This document shows positions 7,373 through 12,241 of a stretch of DNA of 12,241 nucleotides, in pieces. The stretch's first letter is position 1. Every line of letters starts with the position of its first letter. The notes beneath the pieces were generated by a model. It was given only the letters and a program-made list of their open reading frames with translations. It ran no database searches and had not been told where the DNA came from. Location of the stretch: assembly GCA_046761065.1 (NCBI GenBank), contig JBHIFL010000102.1, positions 1 through 12,241 of the forward strand. Reading direction: 5' to 3'. A program made the translations under genes and the position numbers. Origin of the DNA: Candidatus Heimdallarchaeota archaeon. Lineage in GTDB: Archaea; Asgardarchaeota; Wukongarchaeia; Wukongarchaeales; JBHIFL01.

Positions 7373-8728
7373 ATGGAAAGAGTATTTGAAGAAGAGAAAG
7401 TGGATGAATTAGAACAACAGATGCTTCAGCCCATGATCCGAACAGGGAAGCTGTTTTATGCCTTTATTGCAATGCTTATAGCTGTCATCGGGTGGGCAGG
7501 CTATGCATATCATGTCCAATACACACGAGGTCTTATAGTAACAGGAATGAGAGACGTTATCCTTTGGGGGATTTATATCACAAATTTTGTGTTCTTTATT
7601 GGCATCTCTCATGCGGGCACACTCATTTCGGCCATTCTACGGGTCTCAGGAGCCGAATGGCGGCGACCTATTACGCGAATGGCTGAAGCTATAACCGTCT
7701 TTGCCCTTATGGTCGGAGCAACCATGGTCTTAATAGATCTGGGGCGCCCAGACAGGCTATTGTACATAATAACGAATGGACGTCTCCAATCTCCAATCCT
7801 ATGGGATTTCATCTCCATTGGTGCCTATATAACCGGAAGCATAATTTATCTTTACCTTCCTCTCATCCCAGACATGGCTATATGTAAAAACAAGCTACCT
7901 AACCTCTCTGGATGGAAAAGGCGCCTTTATGGGTTACTGTCAGTTGGGTGGACGGGCAATGAGCGGCAAAAAAAACGACTCAAAAAGAGTATTTCAATAA
8001 TGGCCATCTTGATTATACCAATTGCCGTCTCGGTCCATACAGTAGTCTCCTGGATGTTTGCCATGACCATGCGCCATGGGTGGCATAGCACAATCTTTGG
8101 ACCTTACTTCGTAGTAGGAGCGATCTTCTCCGGTATTGCAGGTATCATTCTTGCAATGGCAATTTTTAGGCGCGTATACCACCTTGAAGGCGTTATAACT
8201 CGCGATCATTTCAACTATCTTGGGCTGCTGCTTTTGACATTAGATGTCATCTATATTTATTTCACTATAAGCGAGTACCTCACAGCAGGATACGTAGGTG
8301 AAACTGCAGAAGCGCGGTTGCTTAGGGAATTGTTCAGGGGGCAGTATGCATATCTTTTTTGGTCAATGATCCTAATCGGATTTGTGCTACCCGCATTTCT
8401 CCTAGCCTATTCTAGGACACGAACGATCAAGGGAATTGTAGTTGCTTCTGTCTTGGTCAACATTGCGATGTGGATCAAGCGTTATATAATTATTATCCCA
8501 ACTTTATCCCTTCCACTCGTAGCGGGTGGCTGGGGGCAGTATACGCCAACATGGGTCGAGTTATCCATCACGGCGGGAGCAATCGCGGGCTTCATACTGC
8601 TTTATACGATCTTCTCAAAGATCTTCCCAATCATCTCCCTCTGGGAGGTGAAGGAAGGCCAAGAGAAGATGGAGCCAATGACCGCAAAAGTTGAACCCGA
8701 GGGTGTACCGACATTCGGCTCCCCATAA
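7373..8728 (+). CDS. NrfD/PsrC-family quinone-interacting membrane subunit, ~10 TM, ActC-like
   Basis: WGIYITNFVFFIGISHAGTLISAIL, WRRPITRMAEA, DLGRP, SPILWD, SVHTVVS, GWHSTIFGPYFVVGAIFSG and YTPTWVE match NrfD-family motifs, especially ActC. A GGTGA RBS lies at 7359-7363. Confidence 0.92.
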   Translation: MERVFEEEKVDELEQQMLQPMIRTGKLFYAFIAMLIAVIGWAGYAYHVQYTRGLIVTGMRDVILWGIYITNFVFFIGISHAGTLISAILRVSGAEWRRPITRMAEAITVFALMVGATMVLIDLGRPDRLLYIITNGRLQSPILWDFISIGAYITGSIIYLYLPLIPDMAICKNKLPNLSGWKRRLYGLLSVGWTGNERQKKRLKKSISIMAILIIPIAVSVHTVVSWMFAMTMRHGWHSTIFGPYFVVGAIFSGIAGIILAMAIFRRVYHLEGVITRDHFNYLGLLLLTLDVIYIYFTISEYLTAGYVGETAEARLLRELFRGQYAYLFWSMILIGFVLPAFLLAYSRTRTIKGIVVASVLVNIAMWIKRYIIIIPTLSLPLVAGGWGQYTPTWVELSITAGAIAGFILLYTIFSKIFPIISLWEVKEGQEKMEPMTAKVEPEGVPTFGSP

Positions 8729-8777
8729 GAGATAGGAATTTACGCCCAAGAGTGGCTGCAAAGGGTTCAAAGAATTG

Positions 8778-8837
8778 TACCACTCCACGAACTAATGAGT
8801 CTCAATATACCACTCCACGAACTAATGAGCCTCAATA
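8778..8837. repeat. Tandem direct repeat, 2 x 30 bp
   Basis: taccactccacgaactaatgagtctcaata (8778-8807) and taccactccacgaactaatgagcctcaata (8808-8837): one mismatch, no spacer. Confidence 0.95.
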
Positions 8838-9024
8838 TAAGGCTTAGCAATGGGCACGCAGCCTTTTTAGTCATTAAAGCTGTGATTCAAGCTTTTTGAT
8901 AACCTAAATAAAACAACGTAGCAATTATCAATAACAATATTCTTCTGCATATCGATCAGAGAGAATGAGTTCGTAGTCAGTCTATTTTTGGTTTTAAATT
9001 CCTATCTTGATCCGAACTGATACT

Positions 9025-10944
9025 TTACTGAATTTTATCCTCCATATTCGAATCTTGCTTACAATCTCCTCGTGCAATATGTTTTGCAAGGATTGCCACA
9101 ATGTCTGTAGCCTCGATCGCACCATTTTCTTTATTCAGTGCTGCTGTTTCTTTGAGGATCTGGACACAAGCGGGGCAAGCAGTCACCAAAGTTGTTGCTC
9201 CTACATTTATAGCCATCTGGATGACTTCTGGGGACATTTTGAGGGACATCTGATTATTCACGAGCCGGAGGCCCCCTCCTGCCCCACAACAATGTGTATA
9301 ATTTCGATTTTCTTCCAATTCGACAAATCCGGCAGTTAGTTGCCTTAGCAGGTCACGTGGTTCTTCATAGACACCCAAATATCGTGTCAATTCACAAGGA
9401 TCATAGTAGGTCAGCTTTCCAACTATGTATTTTCCTTTTGGTTTCAGTCGCCCCTGATCCAACGCTTCCTTTACCAATTCAACAATGTGTTGCGTCACAA
9501 ATGGCAAAGCATTCCCCAAGAGCTCCGGATAAAGATGTTTAAATGTTTTATAACAGCCTGGACAATTGAACACCACTTTTTTAACCCCTAAGGCTTCGAG
9601 ACGTGCAATATTGTGTTTCGCTAATTTGTGAATGCTGTCTTGATTCCCCAGAAGCTTGAGGGGTAGGCCACAGCACCATTCGTCTGATCTTAATATTACC
9701 CACTTGTCCCCGAGGATACTCAAGATATCTCCGACGGCTTGGCCAACAACCTCTAATGCTCCTGAGAAAGAAGTAAGGCAACCCATAAAGTATGCGATGT
9801 CTGCATGCTCTTCATCCGGAAAGTCGAAGAACATCCCGCGGTCGTCATTATCCATGGCAAAAACATTTTTTTCCTCGATAATAGCCTTTTCTACTGTCAA
9901 AATCTTAGGTGGTGCTTGTTCGGCCTTATGAAAGGAGGAGCGCGCTTCAAGCCACAAATCAGCTAAATCTAGACCACTGGGACAAACAGTCGCGCATCGA
10001 CCACAAATGGTGCATTCCATGAAGGTACCTTGTTTCAATTCCTCTACGACTGGTTGAGAGGGTTGACGTGGGCCTACAATCCGTGCTAGAAGGCCTTTTT
10101 GAGAGGTGACCACTTTTCGAAGGTTTGCAACACGCGTTCGGGGCGCAATAACAACATTTTCATGGCCTTGATAGACTGGACAGACATCATTACAATTGCC
10201 ACATTTCCCACAGGCGTACAGATTGGCAAACCGAATGATCCCGAAATTCGTGGCATCGAATAGCCCACGAGGAGAGGTAGGTTCGATTTTAAAGGGTTTG
10301 GGCTTTTCCTTCGGGGTCGGGAACAGGCCTACCCGCGAGAGTTGCAGGAGTACGTTCGCGAGGGCCTTTCTCAGAAGACCACCTCCAAGTAAAGATAAAA
10401 GCAACCAGCCGTATCCTAAAAGAGCATGACTCGGAGAGTCTGGGATGACGATATGGAATGTATAGTCACTGATATTCTCAGGAACCCCAAAATCTTTTAC
10501 ATAAGTGCCCCAAAGGCCAAGATTCCAACTGTAAGACATTCCATAAATGGTGAAAATTAGCAATAACACAAACTCGGCATAATCGATGCGTTCTAGTCCT
10601 TCGCGTAGCTGATGGTTGAACAACAGCTGGAGTATGTAGGCTACCAGAACGAGACCAAACACCAGTAATGCCCATCGATGAAAGATTCGGAAGGGGTACG
10701 CAATCCCCCCAGGTTCCAGGATCGCATGATCGAACTTCGTGATGGCAAAAAGAAGATCCATGCCCACACAGGAAGTTATGCCCAAGAGCATCATGATGTG
10801 GAAAAGCCAAGCAAGTTTCGAACTATAAAAGATTGGGCGAAAAATTATTAATCGTTCAAGAAAACCCTTTGATGTTTCAGATAGAGGATATGCAAATGCA
10901 TTGATCTCCTTTTTCATTCTTTTAGAGGCAGGCGCCCGTGTCAA
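9025..10944 (-). CDS. Membrane-bound heterodisulfide-reductase-related Fe-S oxidoreductase (NarI/HdrE-like TM domain + 2x[4Fe-4S] + two CCG domains; HdrD/GlpC/HdrF-like)
   Basis: About 4 N-terminal TM helices with His49/89/164/173. Ferredoxin motifs CGKCGNCNDVCP and CTICGRCATVCP. CCG domain 1: YFMGC...EWCCG...NCPGC. CCG domain 2: YYDPC...HCCGAGGG...TACPAC. TTG start with GGAGG 6 nt upstream. Confidence 0.9.
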   Translation of the reverse strand: MTRAPASKRMKKEINAFAYPLSETSKGFLERLIIFRPIFYSSKLAWLFHIMMLLGITSCVGMDLLFAITKFDHAILEPGGIAYPFRIFHRWALLVFGLVLVAYILQLLFNHQLREGLERIDYAEFVLLLIFTIYGMSYSWNLGLWGTYVKDFGVPENISDYTFHIVIPDSPSHALLGYGWLLLSLLGGGLLRKALANVLLQLSRVGLFPTPKEKPKPFKIEPTSPRGLFDATNFGIIRFANLYACGKCGNCNDVCPVYQGHENVVIAPRTRVANLRKVVTSQKGLLARIVGPRQPSQPVVEELKQGTFMECTICGRCATVCPSGLDLADLWLEARSSFHKAEQAPPKILTVEKAIIEEKNVFAMDNDDRGMFFDFPDEEHADIAYFMGCLTSFSGALEVVGQAVGDILSILGDKWVILRSDEWCCGLPLKLLGNQDSIHKLAKHNIARLEALGVKKVVFNCPGCYKTFKHLYPELLGNALPFVTQHIVELVKEALDQGRLKPKGKYIVGKLTYYDPCELTRYLGVYEEPRDLLRQLTAGFVELEENRNYTHCCGAGGGLRLVNNQMSLKMSPEVIQMAINVGATTLVTACPACVQILKETAALNKENGAIEATDIVAILAKHIARGDCKQDSNMEDKIQ

Positions 10945-11388
10945 AACAATTCCTCCATTCTAGTTGTGACAAAAAAGATGAAACGATTGCTCAAGTGTGA
11001 AGTTTCTTCGATGAGTCAATTAACATCATGTAAACCTAGTTTAGTCTTTATTGGTAAAGATATATACCAAATCTTTCATCTTTTGATTTGCTTTATATCT
11101 ATAATGCTATTGATTAAAATTCTGGATCTATATAATATAGAAGAAATGCTGATGCATCAGAAAGCATTGATTACCTGCGATTTCTTTTCTGTTGATGTGT
11201 GAAAACCAATTTGGATTCTGAAAGTTCCGTATTGGTCCAATCGAAAGCTCATGTTGGCATAAGTGTTTCTGCTGAAAGATCTCCCGGCTTTAACGATTCA
11301 AGTGCTCTTCCTCAATTAGAGCAAACATCAGCAAGTGATAATTTTCTTAAAGAAAGAAAACGATTTTTATTTATCCTAGAGAAGAAAA

Positions 11389-11795
11389 TTATATTTTTTC
11401 TTCGATTGATGCCCTAATATTCTTGTCTTTCTCCAGACGTATTACCAAAATAGTGCTCTTTAAAGATCATACTAGAAAACATTTAACAGATGTTTTCCCA
11501 AAATTCTCATATTCCTAATTTCAGAAAAGATTGGTAATTAGGCTAGCTGGCGAGTGAAGAGATGAAGAATGTGATCAGAGTGGGGGAAGGGAAATCCATT
11601 GATGTTACGCTTTCTGAGAATTTGCTCAAGTTGAATGTGGAGATGGCTTCCGAGAACAGGGATCTGTTGAGGAAACATGGCATCAGAACAATCGATGTCA
11701 TGGGATCCATTGGATCAGGAAAGACCTCACTTGTTGCAGAGATGGTGAAACGGTTAAAGAAAGGATATCGGCTCGCCTTTATAGCGGGAGACTTA
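11389..11795 (+). repeat. Diverged direct repeat, copy 2 (functional hypB promoter and 5' end)
   Basis: Aligns to 2178..2585 (see copy 1). Confidence 0.95.
11475..11542 (+). promoter_or_regulatory. Candidate hypB promoter (BRE/TATA-like GAAAACATTTAA) with two dyad sites
   Basis: GAAAACAT-N7-ATGTTTTC at 11475-11497 and CCTAATT-N15-AATTAGG at 11514-11542. Both are partly retained in copy 1. Confidence 0.5.
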
Positions 11796-12233
11796 TCAAC
11801 TACCATAGACTCAGACCGCATCGAAGAGCACGGGGTGGATGTAATTCAGATCAACACTGGAAAGATGTGCCATCTGGACGCCAACCTCGTTAAAAAAGCT
11901 TTAGAGCTCCTCGACTTAAATAGTATAGACCTTCTATTTATCGAAAATGTAGGTAATCTTATCTGTCCTGCCGGATTCCAATTGGGCTCTGATCAGCGAA
12001 TCGTGATTGTAAGTGTTACAGAAGGCCCGTATATGGTCATAAAACATCCTATCAGCTTTATAGATGCCAATGTGGTGGTTATAAACAAAATTGACTTGGC
12101 AGAGGCGATGGATATCGATATTATTGAGTTGGAGAGGGATGCTCTTAATATCAATCCCAACCTTAAGGTTGTGAGAACCAATTGTCGAAGTGGGGAAGGA
12201 GTCGCAAAGGTGATAGAAGCCTTAGGTCTCTAA
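11562..12233 (+). CDS. hypB: Hydrogenase nickel-incorporation GTPase HypB
   Basis: P-loop GSIGSGKT, then GDL.T..D, QINTGKMCHLDA, FIENVGNLICPA, SVTEG and NKIDL. No His-rich N-terminus. Confidence 0.96.
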   Translation: MKNVIRVGEGKSIDVTLSENLLKLNVEMASENRDLLRKHGIRTIDVMGSIGSGKTSLVAEMVKRLKKGYRLAFIAGDLSTTIDSDRIEEHGVDVIQINTGKMCHLDANLVKKALELLDLNSIDLLFIENVGNLICPAGFQLGSDQRIVIVSVTEGPYMVIKHPISFIDANVVVINKIDLAEAMDIDIIELERDALNINPNLKVVRTNCRSGEGVAKVIEALGL

Positions 12234-12241
12234 GAATCTAT

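Noticed and set aside
5389-8728. Naming the operon nrfCD, dsrOP, psrBC or act
   Set aside because: The defining partners (NrfA/B, DsrJ/AB, PsrA, ActA/B1/D/E/F) are absent, so no gene symbol is justified.
8778-8837. CRISPR array (30-bp repeats)
   Set aside because: Only two units, directly abutting with no spacer, and no cas genes.
11250-11340. Minus-strand frame reading VCSN*GRAL (TGA where a CxxC Cys might be), suggesting selenocysteine or a zinc-ribbon remnant
   Set aside because: No convincing start or RBS in that frame, further stops nearby, no second CxxC and no evident SECIS.
10966-11417. Plus-strand ORFs of 78 aa and 72 aa as a possible hypA or small genes
   Set aside because: No MHE start or paired CxxC motifs of HypA, GTG starts without a clear RBS, and no recognisable family.
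1259-12181. Remaining small ORFs in the track overlapping the main genes (e.g. 1259, 3047, 3783, 5425, 6427, 6470, 6868, 6903, 7409-8694, 9007-10810, 11993)
   Set aside because: Antisense or alternate-frame overlaps of well-supported genes, with no motifs.

Overview
AT-rich prokaryotic window, probably archaeal. This is an inference from the short HypB lacking a His-rich N-terminus, a GGTGA-type ribosome-binding site, BRE/TATA-like promoters and an Lrp/AsnC regulator. It is dominated by membrane redox genes. In order: a truncated Lrp/AsnC HTH gene (-), a TerB-like gene (-), menA (-), and a decayed partial copy of hypB with its promoter (+). Then come a coupled pair of split-beta-barrel (PNPOx-like) genes, the first fused to a multi-TM domain (+), and a three-gene operon (+): a membrane-anchored Met/His DOMON protein, a Tat-exported 4x[4Fe-4S] NrfC-type protein and an ActC/NrfD-type membrane subunit. 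Last are a convergent NarI-like/HdrD-like fusion (-) and an intact hypB (+). The best candidate for an undescribed system is the DOMON-NrfC-NrfD operon. It resembles a minimal alternative-complex-III/Psr-like quinone module with no molybdopterin subunit and no c-type cytochrome, in which a predicted heme-b DOMON protein is the outer subunit. The ~8.8 kb redox block lies between two diverged ~408 bp direct repeats (hypB promoter plus 5' end), suggesting integration or duplication at hypB. All calls come from motif recognition by eye; no searches were run.
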